Source of the DNA: an uncultured Candidatus Saccharibacteria bacterium
GTDB taxonomy: Bacteria; Patescibacteriota; Saccharimonadia; CAILAD01; GCA-016700035
Assembly (NCBI GenBank): GCA_964583675.1
Contig: CAZOVH010000003.1
Coordinates: forward strand, 12,167 to 76,166
DNA: 64,000 nt
Direction of reading: 5' to 3'
Shown here: positions 46,853-57,438 of the stretch, in pieces
How positions within the stretch are numbered: position 1 is the first letter of the stretch
Layout: every line of letters starts with the position of its first letter
Notes under the pieces: generated by a model
What the model was told of the DNA's origin: nothing
Databases searched by the model: none
What the model saw: the letters and a program-made list of their open reading frames with translations, nothing else
Program-made: the position numbers and the translations under genes

Positions 46853-48067
46853 CTATTCAGTAGTTTGTGGCGCTTCTTCTAACTTTACATCCACGGTCTG
46901 CTCTTTGCCGTCGCGCCAATATGTTACTTTGACAGTATCACCAGGGCTAAAGCCGACCACAACGCTCTGCAGCGGATTATCACGCGTAATCTCTTTATCG
47001 TTCAACTTGGTGATGATATCGCCTTCTTTCAGGCCTGCCTTAGCAGCTGGAGATCCAGAAATTACTGCAATAGTTTGCTCATCCCCACGCAACAGCGCAC
47101 CCTGCTTCACTGGCAAATTATTACGCTCGGCAAAACTATCAGTCAACATCACGTAGCGCACGCCAATATATGGGCGTACTATTACTCCGCGGGTCTTTAC
47201 AGAATCCAGCGCACCTTTTACCTGATTGATTGGAATGGCAAACCCAATGTTCTGCGCATTCTCACCACTCGCTACAGCCGTGTTAATACCAATTACTTGA
47301 CCGTCAATATTCAGGAGCGGCCCACCAGAGTTGCCTGGGTTAATGGCTGCATCGGTCTGAAACAAGTTGGTGAGAGTCTCAGTATTGCCCTGCCCATCGG
47401 CAGCCTGTACTGGGCGTTGCTTGCCGGAAATTACACCAGTTGTAACCGTATTGCTGTACTCACCCAGAGCATTACCAATAGCGATCGCGCGCTGACCTAC
47501 CTCCACCTTATCGGAATCACCTAGATCGGCCGCTGGAAGTCCACTGGCTTCCACCTTTACGAAAGCGATGTCGTTTGACGAATCAAGCGCCAATATCTTC
47601 CCCTCAAACTGCTTACCTTCCGTATTTGTTACCGTCACCGTACTAGCCCCCTGCACCACATGCTTATTCGTAAGAATCAGGCCATCAGAACTTACAATCA
47701 CCCCCGTACCCGCACCTTGCTGCTGCTGAGCCCCAAAAAAGCTCTGCACCGTGGTTGAGGTATTAATTGAAACGACGCTTGGTCCAACCTTTTTGACTAA
47801 ATCAATGGTTGCTGAGTTTTCCTGCAATGTTACTTGCTTGGATTGCTCGATAGCACTTTGCTGCCCGGCTGGCATGAAGCGTACAAATAACGCTGCGCCT
47901 AGTACGCCGGCAACAAACGCCAGCAGTACGGTTATTCCCCAGCCTGGTCCTCCACTCGACTTGGCTGCAGGTTTTTTTGTAGCGCCAAAATTAATCGGTG
48001 GCGCCGATGATACGCTGCTCACATTACTCGTTTTTTCTTTTTTGACTGGTTTCGATTCTTCTTGCAT
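46853..48067 (-). CDS. HtrA/DegP-like trypsin serine protease with PDZ
   Basis: ILTNKHVV, DIA, QTDAAINPGNSGGPL, C-terminal PDZ. Confidence 0.96.
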   Translation of the reverse strand: MQEESKPVKKEKTSNVSSVSSAPPINFGATKKPAAKSSGGPGWGITVLLAFVAGVLGAALFVRFMPAGQQSAIEQSKQVTLQENSATIDLVKKVGPSVVSINTSTTVQSFFGAQQQQGAGTGVIVSSDGLILTNKHVVQGASTVTVTNTEGKQFEGKILALDSSNDIAFVKVEASGLPAADLGDSDKVEVGQRAIAIGNALGEYSNTVTTGVISGKQRPVQAADGQGNTETLTNLFQTDAAINPGNSGGPLLNIDGQVIGINTAVASGENAQNIGFAIPINQVKGALDSVKTRGVIVRPYIGVRYVMLTDSFAERNNLPVKQGALLRGDEQTIAVISGSPAAKAGLKEGDIITKLNDKEITRDNPLQSVVVGFSPGDTVKVTYWRDGKEQTVDVKLEEAPQTTE

Positions 48068-48126
48068 TCACGCCTCCGTATCTATATATGCCATCACAAA
48101 CTGAGAGTCAGCTTAAAAGGCTTGCA

Positions 48127-48906
48127 CTACATGCCGGTCATTACAAGCAGCACGATGAGTAAAAACGCACATATCATACCATACTCAACCACCAGCTTTT
48201 TGGAGAGTTTACGTTGTGAGTGAAGCGAGAGCATACTGCCCCAAGCATACGCAATGACCGCCAAAAATAATGCCGTGCGCGAAACCACCAGCAACGTAGA
48301 CGGAAGCGTGTAAAACACCAAGGCTACACTCCCTAATAACAGCATCTCAACTGCAATCAGCGACCACACAGCCGCCAAAAATGAGTTATGATACCCGACG
48401 CGTTCCAGCCAATAATGCACAATGATGTAGTTAACAATCCAGGCTAAGATAATTGCCACAAAGCCAGCCGTAACATCCTGATTGAGGAGCAGTACCCAGG
48501 TAGTGTTCACAAGCAGCAGCACAATTGCCGTAAAGCCAGTTTGCGCATGCGCCGTTTGGGTTCTAAATTGCATGAGCAAATAGCGAATCTGCAAAAGAAA
48601 AACAATAATAAGGAACGCTGCCTGCTGCCAAAGTGGCACATCATAGACCAACTGCAAGAGTCCGATATAGAGCTGACCAAACAACACGAGAATTACCGGC
48701 TCTAGTGAACGAGTAAATACTATACGGGCCGAACGCTGAACAAGTAGGCGCGAAACAGTACTAATAGTTACCGCAACAGCTGCAACAACCGCAAGCCAAG
48801 CCCAAATACCGCCCAGCATAGTAAGGGCAAGTGCAACGGATAAGCCCAAAATATGCGCGATCAATATGCGCTGCGACGGTGTGAGAATTTTCCCCCTACG
48901 AGCCAC
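48127..48906 (-). CDS. Hypothetical multi-pass membrane protein
   Basis: About 8 hydrophobic helices; tightly coupled to the LCP gene. Confidence 0.75.
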   Translation of the reverse strand: MARRGKILTPSQRILIAHILGLSVALALTMLGGIWAWLAVVAAVAVTISTVSRLLVQRSARIVFTRSLEPVILVLFGQLYIGLLQLVYDVPLWQQAAFLIIVFLLQIRYLLMQFRTQTAHAQTGFTAIVLLLVNTTWVLLLNQDVTAGFVAIILAWIVNYIIVHYWLERVGYHNSFLAAVWSLIAVEMLLLGSVALVFYTLPSTLLVVSRTALFLAVIAYAWGSMLSLHSQRKLSKKLVVEYGMICAFLLIVLLVMTGM

Positions 48907-48908
48907 AA

Positions 48909-50285
48909 CTAATTTCCTCCCTGATTTTTCATATCATTTCCTATTACCAGTGTAATACCTGAACCGCGCGAAGTATCCTCTTTTGCAGTGAGTTTATAAC
49001 GAGCTGCTAAATAACGCTGTGTATATTTTGCCTTGCCAGCGGTGCCATCGATTAACTCTGATGCTGTTTGTGGCGTAGTTTTCTGGACTTCCACAATTGA
49101 GTAGCGATAGCCTTTGAGCGTGTCGGCAATAGCGGCCGAGATATTTGCCTGTGACGATGCGTTCACAATTGTTACCGGAACATTTTCTTCCACAATATGA
49201 CGGTCAAAAAATAGACTATGAGCAAAATCTTGAATTGGCCCAAACTTACCATCACCACCCACTGGAATTACAACACTCGCACCAGCAATATTGGCGGTTT
49301 GCACCAATTTTTCTTCGTCCGCATCAACCACCTTAGACCGCACTTTGCTGGTATCAACATCCTTGAGTATCTCAGCCAAACGAGTCAACTCTTCAGTGGA
49401 AAGATCGGTACGAACATGCGAACCAATCGTATCAATCATGCCCGCTAGCTTGGCGGGATTTGTCAGTGTCGACAACTGTAGGGCCTTGGTGCGCATCGCC
49501 ATCAATACCTCTTGCTGGCGAGCAGCTCGGCCAAAATCATTTCCACAGTTTCCCTTGCGGCAGCGAGCGTATTTTAATGCCGTTGCGCCATTCATCGTTT
49601 GCGTGCCTGCTTTTATTGAGAAGCCACAGGCTCGCCGCTCATCTTTTTCGCATGGATATTCAGAGTCAGAGAGCGGAGCAGCTACATCAATCGAAACTCC
49701 ACCCAAAACATCTATAGCTTTCTTAAAGCCGGTAAAATCCACCCTCACATAATTATGAATAGGTACATCTAAAACATTCCCGACCACCTCTTTTGCGAGG
49801 TTTGGTCCCTCGCCAGCTTTTTGCATCTCACCAAAAGCGTGAGCAGCATTGATTTTGTTTTTACCATTTTTAGGAATTGGCACATATAGATCGCGTGGTA
49901 GCGAGAGCATCGCCACATCCTTTGTTTCTGGATCGATACTCGCCACAATCATCGTATCTGCAAGTGTTGAGCCGGCATGACCAGCATCGCCAACCCCCAA
50001 CAGCAAAATATTTACCCGACCTTCGGCTTCTGTCATAGAATCAAATTCGGCATCTTTCTTTGTGAGTACCTCAGTAGACACACCCGTGTGACGTTGAACA
50101 ACCGACTTATAGGCGTATAGACTTTTAGCTAACAGTATGGCCGGAACCATTAAGACTGCCAGCACAACAACCGCGGTAATTATTTTTGAACGACGAGAAA
50201 AACGACGCTTGCGAAAAGACGTGTACGATCCGCTCTGAGCTGCTGGGTGATTATCTGGATATTCAGGGCGTCTCTTACGTAGCAT
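48909..50285 (-). CDS. LCP (LytR-CpsA-Psr) family glycopolymer transferase
   Basis: NILLLG, DTMIV, SLPRDLY, KINAA, DFGRAARQQ; LytR_C-like tail. Confidence 0.94.
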   Translation of the reverse strand: MLRKRRPEYPDNHPAAQSGSYTSFRKRRFSRRSKIITAVVVLAVLMVPAILLAKSLYAYKSVVQRHTGVSTEVLTKKDAEFDSMTEAEGRVNILLLGVGDAGHAGSTLADTMIVASIDPETKDVAMLSLPRDLYVPIPKNGKNKINAAHAFGEMQKAGEGPNLAKEVVGNVLDVPIHNYVRVDFTGFKKAIDVLGGVSIDVAAPLSDSEYPCEKDERRACGFSIKAGTQTMNGATALKYARCRKGNCGNDFGRAARQQEVLMAMRTKALQLSTLTNPAKLAGMIDTIGSHVRTDLSTEELTRLAEILKDVDTSKVRSKVVDADEEKLVQTANIAGASVVIPVGGDGKFGPIQDFAHSLFFDRHIVEENVPVTIVNASSQANISAAIADTLKGYRYSIVEVQKTTPQTASELIDGTAGKAKYTQRYLAARYKLTAKEDTSRGSGITLVIGNDMKNQGGN

Positions 50286-50363
50286 AAGGATAGTATATAG
50301 GAGGCGCGTAGCTTTTGAAATGTACAGTGCAGGAACGAGCAGACTCAGTTATACTGGATATGT

Positions 50364-51248
50364 ATGGTAAGCCAAAATCAACCAAACGAAGCACCGGCTT
50401 CAAATCCTCAACAGGTCGGTGGGGCTGTTCCTCCTACGACCAATCCTAACGAAGTGCCAATCAGTCAGCTCTCTAAGCCAACACCCCTTTCTGAAGGCGT
50501 GCCGAGTACTCCGCAAGCTACCATCATACCGCCGCCCGCTCCAGCGCACCCACAAGCTGCGGCAAGTCCCACAACGGGAGTCCTGCCAGACACTAACCCA
50601 GAAGATCCGTCGGGGGACGAAAGCCAAGACGATACCGAAACAGAAAAGCCCATGTGGCGGCGAATTGTTAATTTTCTCATCTCCTGGGTGCTCATCCCGG
50701 CCGGGCTCGTTTTTATCGTGCACAACTTTATCTTTCAAGCTTGGTATGTAGATGGCCAATCTATGGAGCCTACTTTCCAAAACGGCAATTACCTGATCGT
50801 TTCAAAGTTTGACGTGAGCTGGAAAAAACTGACTGGACAATCTACGAATTTAGACATTCAACGGGGCGACGTCGTAATCTTTAATCCACCTGACTTTCCA
50901 ACCGACATTTACTTCATTAAACGAGCCATCGGGCTACCCGGAGAGCGCGTGGTGGTAAAAAATGGCACCGTCACCATCTTTAATAATCAAAACCCAACCG
51001 GAGTAGTGCTGTCTGAAAACTATGTTGGCGGCATTACGCTTGAGGGCGACGTAGACGTCACAGTTGATAAAGGCGAAGTATTTGTACTGGGAGATAACCG
51101 CAACCCACAAGCCAGTCAGGACTCCCGCTATTTTGGCCCCATCCCTATGAATCGCATGATTGGCACTGCAGCATTGAGACTCTTGCCCGTTTACGAATTC
51201 GGTCAGATAACCCACCCGCAGTACAACCTCTCGGCAGCTACTCAATAA
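50364..51248 (+). CDS. lepB: Signal peptidase I with Pro-rich N-terminal extension
   Basis: GQSMEPT, RGDVVIF, FIKRAIGLPGE, FVLGDNR, DSRYFG. Confidence 0.95.
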   Translation: MVSQNQPNEAPASNPQQVGGAVPPTTNPNEVPISQLSKPTPLSEGVPSTPQATIIPPPAPAHPQAAASPTTGVLPDTNPEDPSGDESQDDTETEKPMWRRIVNFLISWVLIPAGLVFIVHNFIFQAWYVDGQSMEPTFQNGNYLIVSKFDVSWKKLTGQSTNLDIQRGDVVIFNPPDFPTDIYFIKRAIGLPGERVVVKNGTVTIFNNQNPTGVVLSENYVGGITLEGDVDVTVDKGEVFVLGDNRNPQASQDSRYFGPIPMNRMIGTAALRLLPVYEFGQITHPQYNLSAATQ

Positions 51249-51258
51249 AAATTTAACC

Positions 51259-52167
51259 CTAAACGAGCGTTTCGCCAGTAATTTCTTCGTAAATTCTCGC
51301 TAGTTCTTCCTGAGAGAAAAAGCGCACTACAAGCCGACCGCCCTGAGCATTATTTAATACCTCAACCTTGGTCCCAAGCTGCTTGCCAATACCATCAATA
51401 ACCGACTGATAATCCGAATTCTTTTTTTCGACACGCTTTGAAACCAGCTCTTTATCTTGCTTCCAGTTACGTGCAATCTCTTCGGTCTGACGGACGGTCA
51501 TATCGCTATTCGTAATCATGCCGAGCATTTTGAGCTGATCCTTGGGGTCTTCAACTGTCAAAATGGAGCGAGCTTGACCCTCGAGTATTTTACCCTCCTG
51601 CAAAGCCTTCTTGGCTTCGTACGGCAACTTAAGGAGTCGAAGTATATTCCGCACAGTAGGTGCGGCTTTACCGACACGCTTGGCGATTGCCTCGGTTGTC
51701 AGATTGAATTGATCGATGAGCTTTTGATAGGCCACTGCGAGCTCAAGCGGCGATAGCTCGGCGCGTTGAATATTCTCAATTACGGCCACTTCAAGCTGCT
51801 GCTGCTCATCAAAACTGCGCAGAATAACCGGCACGGTTTTCTTACCTGCAAGCTTAGAAGCCCGCAGACGACGCTCACCCGCTATTAGCTGGAAACGATC
51901 GCCTTGTCTCGTAACGACCAACGGCTGCACGACTCCATGCTCCTTAATAGACGCTGCCAGATCTGCTAGATCTTCATCGCCAAACTCTTTACGAGGCTGA
52001 AATGGATTGGGATCAACAAGCTCAACTGCAACTTTATGTACGGCATCCTCGCTCTCCAAGTGGAGAGTTTCCGACACTTCTTTACTAGCAAATTCATCAA
52101 CTTCGGTTGGAATTAAGGCATCGAGCCCGCGACCCAATCGACTTGGCTTTGAAGCTTTAGCTGACAC
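51259..52167 (-). CDS. parB: Chromosome partitioning protein ParB
   Basis: LGRGLDAL, PNPFQPR, LIAGERRLRA, ENIQR; GTG start at 52167 with GGAGGT. Confidence 0.96.
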   Translation of the reverse strand: MSAKASKPSRLGRGLDALIPTEVDEFASKEVSETLHLESEDAVHKVAVELVDPNPFQPRKEFGDEDLADLAASIKEHGVVQPLVVTRQGDRFQLIAGERRLRASKLAGKKTVPVILRSFDEQQQLEVAVIENIQRAELSPLELAVAYQKLIDQFNLTTEAIAKRVGKAAPTVRNILRLLKLPYEAKKALQEGKILEGQARSILTVEDPKDQLKMLGMITNSDMTVRQTEEIARNWKQDKELVSKRVEKKNSDYQSVIDGIGKQLGTKVEVLNNAQGGRLVVRFFSQEELARIYEEITGETLV

Positions 52168-52912
52168 GTGTGAGTACCTCCTTTGCAAGAGCTTTATATG
52201 CTCTCGCCCCCTTACTAAACCGATCATAATCCACAATTGCCTTAGCGTGACTAGGCGCCTCGGCCAAACGGACATTCCGTGGTATCACTGTCGAGCATAC
52301 CATATCTGGAAAATGCTGCTCCACTTCTTGTGCCACCGCCTGTGAAAGCGATGTGCGAGCAGTGTGCATTGTCAGCACTACACCAACTAGCTCTAAAGTC
52401 GGGTTAAGTGCCTGTTTGACGCGCTGCATCGTTGCCAGCAGTTGCCCAAGTCCCTCCAAGGCGTAATATTCTGCCTGAACCGGAATGAGGAGGCGATGAG
52501 CTGCCACCAGACCATTGACGGTTAGTAAGCCAAGCGATGGCGGGCAATCAATCAGCACAATGTCATAGGGGGCATTGGCGAGCGCCAGCTTGAGTCGCGA
52601 CTCGCGTTGATCAATCTTAGTAAGCTCTACTTCGGCGGCCGCCAGAACAGCACTAGCCGGAATAATTGATAGATTTTTATAGCGCGTCTTATGTGTGACA
52701 CTGGCGAGCGGTACGCCGTCCACCAATACATCGTAGAGCGAATGACGTAAACGCTGCTTGTCGATACCTAAACCTGAGCTAGCATTTCCTTGAGGATCTA
52801 GATCTACGATGAGCACCCGTTTACCAGCCTTAGCAATATATGCGCCAAGATTAACCGTAGTGGTTGTTTTCCCAACACCACCTTTTTGATTTGCGACCGC
52901 AATAATCACCAC
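52157..52912 (-). CDS. parA: Chromosome partitioning ATPase ParA/Soj
   Basis: NQKGGVGKTTT, DLDPQGN, IDCPPSLG, EYYALEG, IPRNVRLAEAPS. Confidence 0.96.
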   Translation of the reverse strand: MVIIAVANQKGGVGKTTTTVNLGAYIAKAGKRVLIVDLDPQGNASSGLGIDKQRLRHSLYDVLVDGVPLASVTHKTRYKNLSIIPASAVLAAAEVELTKIDQRESRLKLALANAPYDIVLIDCPPSLGLLTVNGLVAAHRLLIPVQAEYYALEGLGQLLATMQRVKQALNPTLELVGVVLTMHTARTSLSQAVAQEVEQHFPDMVCSTVIPRNVRLAEAPSHAKAIVDYDRFSKGARAYKALAKEVLTRVS

Positions 52913-53056
52913 GCTAATTTGTCTCCACCCTCACTAAACTTCATTACTCCTTATTATAGCAAGAAACCAACCATCTTAAGCATTTCTCGGACGACTATTT
53001 ACATTTAGCTGCAAACCTGATAGAATACTACATTGTTGTCCTAAACGAGAAAGAAT

Positions 53057-53362
53057 ATGTTAGCAGTAATTCAAGCCGGAAACCACCAATACCTTGTCGA
53101 AAAGGGTCAGACTATCGAGACTGAACTTTTGGGCGAAGAAAAAAGCGTTACTTTTGAACCGCTTTTGGTAGTTGATGGCGACAATGTAAAGGTTGGCACA
53201 CCTCATGTTGCCGGTGCAAAAGTAGTTGCCTCTGTGCGTGCTGCAGACAAACAGTCTGATAAAGTTCTCGTACTGAAGTATAAAGCTAAGAAACGCCAAA
53301 AAACTATGCATGGCCACCGTCAGCATAAAACCGTGCTGGTAATTGACTCAATTACAGCCTAA
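53057..53362 (+). CDS. rplU: 50S ribosomal protein L21
   Basis: AVIQAGNHQYLV, VGTP, KYKAKKR, GHRQ; promoter TTTACA-17-TAGAAT. Confidence 0.96.
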   Translation: MLAVIQAGNHQYLVEKGQTIETELLGEEKSVTFEPLLVVDGDNVKVGTPHVAGAKVVASVRAADKQSDKVLVLKYKAKKRQKTMHGHRQHKTVLVIDSITA

Positions 53363-53381
53363 CAATCTGGCATGTGCTGGT

Positions 53382-53407
53382 AAAAACACCCCGTCTGGGG
53401 TGTTTTT
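53382..53407. terminator. Bidirectional terminator
   Basis: AAAAACACCCC-GTCT-GGGGTGTTTTT. Confidence 0.88.
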
Positions 53408-53409
53408 GT

Positions 53410-54792
53410 TTACTTACAATCACTTGGCAGCTGAGTGCTGGTAAAGACTGCCTTCATCCAATTTATAGTGTCGTTATAGCTCCGTGTCATAGTGGTGTAA
53501 TGGGTGGCATCAGCATAGCGCTTATACGCTACCGTATTGCCCAACTGACAGAGGCGCGTAACGGCATCCTGAGACTGCGCAGGCAGCACTACATTATCGA
53601 GATCACCGTGAAAAATTGCCTTATTGCTCGATGTTTTTGTATCGGCAGTAAGATTTTCTTGCATGCGCTGATCAAACGCTTTTGATACGGCTGCCACCGA
53701 CCCCGTCCTCATAGCGGCAATAAACTGCGGTGTATAAACCTTGTTAATATCCTTGTTACCCCAATAAGCAATATTGGTATCGATACAATTCTTGGAAATA
53801 TCAGTCGCTAGATTGCTAGAAAATGGCGGCACAAGGATCTTATCGACCGGATAGCTCTCTTTATACCAATCGCTATAGCTGTAAAGCACATACGGCCCAA
53901 ACCACAATATGTTAGCCCCTTGTGTTGTGTCAGTAAGCGTACGACGCACATCCGTTACCGGACCAAAGCCAATAACACCTTGAATTTTAATTTCTGGCGC
54001 GTAGGTGGCAGCAATCTCATCAGCCCAATAAGCAGCATGGCCACCCTGAGAATACCCACCAACAATTACCTGTTCGGTAGTAATACGATCTTTCGTAAGC
54101 GGCAAATTACCAAGCGCCCGCACGGAGTCAAGTACCGCCCTGCCTTCCAGAGCACCGACCATGTAGTGATGCATGCGAGTCTGGTCGCGCATACCTTCGT
54201 AATCAGTAATCACCGTAGCATAGCCCTGTGCCGCGTAAGCTGCCATGTGACTGGGGTAGTTCCCCCAGGCCCGTTTAGATGACTGCTCAACCGAAGCAGC
54301 ACACTGATCATCTATACCGGTAGTTCCGGGCGCGAATGCAAACACCGGCAGGCCTTCAGTCGCACCAGTTGAAGGCACAAATACCCTCGCATATACTTGT
54401 GCGGTCTGACCATTTGTGTCGGTCATAGTATATCGGAAGGTTTGTGTTTTGACGGCAGTTGCTGGCCCCGTGTATCCCTTATTTGTTTGACGTATGAGCT
54501 GTAACGTCTGCTCTGATGTGTAACTCACCACCTCGCCTTGTTCAACCACTTTGCCAGTTGAAACTTCAGTCCTTTTATTGGGGGTCTTATTTTGTGTTGC
54601 GGTCGATTGCCGCTTAACTACTTGAGTACCACTCAAGAGCAGCCAAGCTACACCGAGCGCCAGAATAATAAGCACATACACCAACCAGCGATGAGCTTTG
54701 CGAGGTCGCGGTTTATCGCGCCTAGGAGCTGGTTTGTTCGGCGTCTCATAGCCCCGCAAGTATACATTACGTTTAGGCAAGATTTTGTTCAT
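53410..54792 (-). CDS. Membrane-anchored secretory lipase (LIP-family alpha/beta hydrolase)
   Basis: PGTTGIDDQCA, TDYEG, AVLDSVRA, GYSQGG nucleophile elbow, HGDLDNVV, H near the C-terminus. Confidence 0.88.
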   Translation of the reverse strand: MNKILPKRNVYLRGYETPNKPAPRRDKPRPRKAHRWLVYVLIILALGVAWLLLSGTQVVKRQSTATQNKTPNKRTEVSTGKVVEQGEVVSYTSEQTLQLIRQTNKGYTGPATAVKTQTFRYTMTDTNGQTAQVYARVFVPSTGATEGLPVFAFAPGTTGIDDQCAASVEQSSKRAWGNYPSHMAAYAAQGYATVITDYEGMRDQTRMHHYMVGALEGRAVLDSVRALGNLPLTKDRITTEQVIVGGYSQGGHAAYWADEIAATYAPEIKIQGVIGFGPVTDVRRTLTDTTQGANILWFGPYVLYSYSDWYKESYPVDKILVPPFSSNLATDISKNCIDTNIAYWGNKDINKVYTPQFIAAMRTGSVAAVSKAFDQRMQENLTADTKTSSNKAIFHGDLDNVVLPAQSQDAVTRLCQLGNTVAYKRYADATHYTTMTRSYNDTINWMKAVFTSTQLPSDCK

Positions 54793-54794
54793 AG

Positions 54795-55307
54795 CTACAA
54801 TACATACTCCATAATCACCATATCTACTCCCCCAACCAATCCAGCAACATGTCGCAAGGGTGCAAAGCCATATTTTGCGTAAAATGCCTCCTTATCATAT
54901 GTAACCAGTTCCAAGGCTGTCATATTGCGCAGACGAGACTGTTCTACGGCTGCGCGCAAGAGTCTCTCTCCCGCCCCGATGCCTCGAAAATTTGGATCCA
55001 CGTACATCCAGAAAATATACGCTCTGTCTTGCTGGAAGCGCAGCAGACAATAGCCGATGTCTTGCGTATTGTATCCCAAAAGCAAGAAGTGGGCCTTTGG
55101 GGAAACGTGGGCCTTAAAAAGTCTCGGCAAGTTGTGCTGACGACGTAGTTTTGCCCGGTATTGATCCGGAAAATACGTAAATGAATCATCAACCGATTGA
55201 GCAAACAAATGATGCATCGGGGTGATATCCCGCAGGCCCATTTTGCGCACAGTAAGCGACTCCTCCAAAACAGCGCCTGTGGAGGTGAGCTCAGCAACTC
55301 TTGGCAC
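54795..55307 (-). CDS. GNAT family N-acetyltransferase
   Basis: MYVDPNFRGIGAGERLL, FYAKYGF. Confidence 0.9.
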   Translation of the reverse strand: MPRVAELTSTGAVLEESLTVRKMGLRDITPMHHLFAQSVDDSFTYFPDQYRAKLRRQHNLPRLFKAHVSPKAHFLLLGYNTQDIGYCLLRFQQDRAYIFWMYVDPNFRGIGAGERLLRAAVEQSRLRNMTALELVTYDKEAFYAKYGFAPLRHVAGLVGGVDMVIMEYVL

Positions 55308-55308
55308 C

Positions 55309-55908
55309 CTACCCTACCACAACCTTATTTCTGCCCGAATCCTTCGCCTTATACAGAGCATCATCTGCAGCCTTCAGAGTTTGGTGAATATTGCGAGTTG
55401 GAGTGAGCTCCGCTACTCCCAGACTAGCAGTAACCTGCAATGATTGTTCTCCGACCATAAAATCATGCTCTTCAATGATCGCGCGTAAATCATCAGCGAT
55501 ACGCTCAGCGTGCTCGGCTGTAGCGCCTGGCAAACCAACCACAATTTCCTCGCCACCATATCTACCGACAATATCCAGCTGTCGTACACGGCCGCGAATT
55601 AAATCGGCCGTTTGGCGCAGCACCTCATCACCAGCATCATGCCCGTAAGTATCGTTCACCTTTTTAAAGTGGTCAATGTCAAGAAATATTATAGTGAGCG
55701 ACTTAATGATCACCGAGCGCCGCTTATCTGGATGTTTGTACTGATACATTACTTCACTAGCAATAGCCTCCAGATATTCCATGAGGCCACGACGATTAAA
55801 TATCTGGGTAAGTTCGTCAGTCACCAAACGTTGATGCAGCTCACGAACTTGAGCTTGCAGTGCCGCGATACGCTCTTTATATACTTTTATATCATCGGCT
55901 TGCGACAT
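55309..55908 (-). CDS. Diguanylate cyclase (GGDEF domain)
   Basis: TDELTQIFNRR, DIDHFKKVNDTYGHDAGD, RQLD I-site, RYGGEEI, ADDALYKAK. Confidence 0.93.
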   Translation of the reverse strand: MSQADDIKVYKERIAALQAQVRELHQRLVTDELTQIFNRRGLMEYLEAIASEVMYQYKHPDKRRSVIIKSLTIIFLDIDHFKKVNDTYGHDAGDEVLRQTADLIRGRVRQLDIVGRYGGEEIVVGLPGATAEHAERIADDLRAIIEEHDFMVGEQSLQVTASLGVAELTPTRNIHQTLKAADDALYKAKDSGRNKVVVG

Positions 55909-55915
55909 TGCTCTA

Positions 55916-56839
55916 TTATCCTTGATTTGCTAAATAATGTTCGACTTCTAATGCAGCCCGACAACCGTCTCCCGCAGCAGTGATTGCCTGACGATAACGC
56001 TTATCAGCCACATCACCAGCCGCAAAAATGCCTTCAACGTTCGTAAAAACAATATCTCTAGCTGCTACGTAACCTTTTTCGTCCAGATCAATTACGCCCT
56101 TCAAGAATTCCGTCGCTGGGATATGTCCTATCGCCACAAAAAGCCCTTCACAATCTAGCTTTTGCTTTTCGTCTGTCTGCAGGTTCGTGATCTCGACACC
56201 AGAAACCATATGCTCACCAAATACATCTGTTACAGCACTATTCCAAATAAAATCTATCTTAGGGTGCTGTTTTGCACGTTCCTGCATAATCTTGCTAGCC
56301 CGAAGGGTATCTCGCCGATGCACAAGCGTTACTTTATCAGCAAACTTCGTCAAGGTGAGCGCTTCCTCCATAGCAGTATCGCCACCACCAACTACCACCA
56401 CGTGCTTACCCTGGAAAAAATAGCCATCACAAGTAGCGCAAGCCGATATACCTTTGGCCATAAGCCGAGTTTCGTTCTTCAAGCCAAGCCAACGCGCCTG
56501 GGCACCCGTAGCAATAATGATTGTCTTTGCCTGCACTTTTTCTCCGCCCCGCGTATGAACAGCATGCGGCTTACCTGGCTCAATCTTATCGATAAACTCG
56601 CTCACCATTTCAACATCAAAACGCTCAGCCTGAGCCTTCATCTCTTCCATGAGTTCTGGCCCCATAATACCGTCTCTAAACCCAGGAAAATTTTCAACTT
56701 CACTTGTGAGTAGAAGCTGACCACCAGGAACATCTCCTGCATAAATTGCTGTTGAGAGCGATGCGCGTGCAGTATAAATTGCAGCCGTGTACGCAGCTGG
56801 ACCACTACCAATAATTAAGACATCATAAACTTTACTCAT
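55916..56839 (-). CDS. trxB: Thioredoxin reductase
   Basis: IIGSGPA, CATCDG, VGGGDTAMEEA, FAAGDV, YRQAITAAG. Confidence 0.97.
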   Translation of the reverse strand: MSKVYDVLIIGSGPAAYTAAIYTARASLSTAIYAGDVPGGQLLLTSEVENFPGFRDGIMGPELMEEMKAQAERFDVEMVSEFIDKIEPGKPHAVHTRGGEKVQAKTIIIATGAQARWLGLKNETRLMAKGISACATCDGYFFQGKHVVVVGGGDTAMEEALTLTKFADKVTLVHRRDTLRASKIMQERAKQHPKIDFIWNSAVTDVFGEHMVSGVEITNLQTDEKQKLDCEGLFVAIGHIPATEFLKGVIDLDEKGYVAARDIVFTNVEGIFAAGDVADKRYRQAITAAGDGCRAALEVEHYLANQG

Positions 56840-56883
56840 AGGAACCATTATACGTGAGACGCAGCACCCTCGGCTAGGTTCAA

Positions 56884-57438
56884 TTAAGAAGAAGTGTCGC
56901 CATTACAGGTATTCGGCGACCACAAACCCTTTTGCTGCTCCCTGGCCGCCTGTTCGGCAGCGCGAAAATCTACTTGGTAAGTGTATGGATTGCCCTGGTA
57001 GGTGTATTCGTGAGCATAGCCTTCGGCAACAAGTTGCTGATTCACAAACAAGCCATCCTCACGGCGGACATAAGCCAAAATGCGATCATATCGATCTCGC
57101 TCGCCTTGAGTGGTATCAATTTCTAAACGCACGCGTTTGCCTTCCAATAATTGATGGGTGTAGCGACTAGCCTCTTTACCAAAACACTGCACCGGCTTGC
57201 GCGGGTCCTTAGTCTCCGGTGTATCTATCCCTATGAAGCGCACTTTTTCGACAACCCCATTTCGGTCAACGCTAATAGTGTCACCATCAAACACCTCTAT
57301 AACCCGTAAGCTATCTCCTGTAGACAAAGCAGAGCCGGGATCTTTTTCTGGAAAAGCTCGCACAATTACTGCGGCCAATAACAAAGTAATCCCAACGTAA
57401 CCAAGCTTCATGAGTTTTCGACGCGAAATTTTTCTCAC
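56884..57438 (-). CDS. Thermonuclease (SNase) family protein
   Basis: DGDT, RFIGIDTPE, DRYDRILAY, GLW. Confidence 0.92.
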   Translation of the reverse strand: MRKISRRKLMKLGYVGITLLLAAVIVRAFPEKDPGSALSTGDSLRVIEVFDGDTISVDRNGVVEKVRFIGIDTPETKDPRKPVQCFGKEASRYTHQLLEGKRVRLEIDTTQGERDRYDRILAYVRREDGLFVNQQLVAEGYAHEYTYQGNPYTYQVDFRAAEQAAREQQKGLWSPNTCNGDTSS

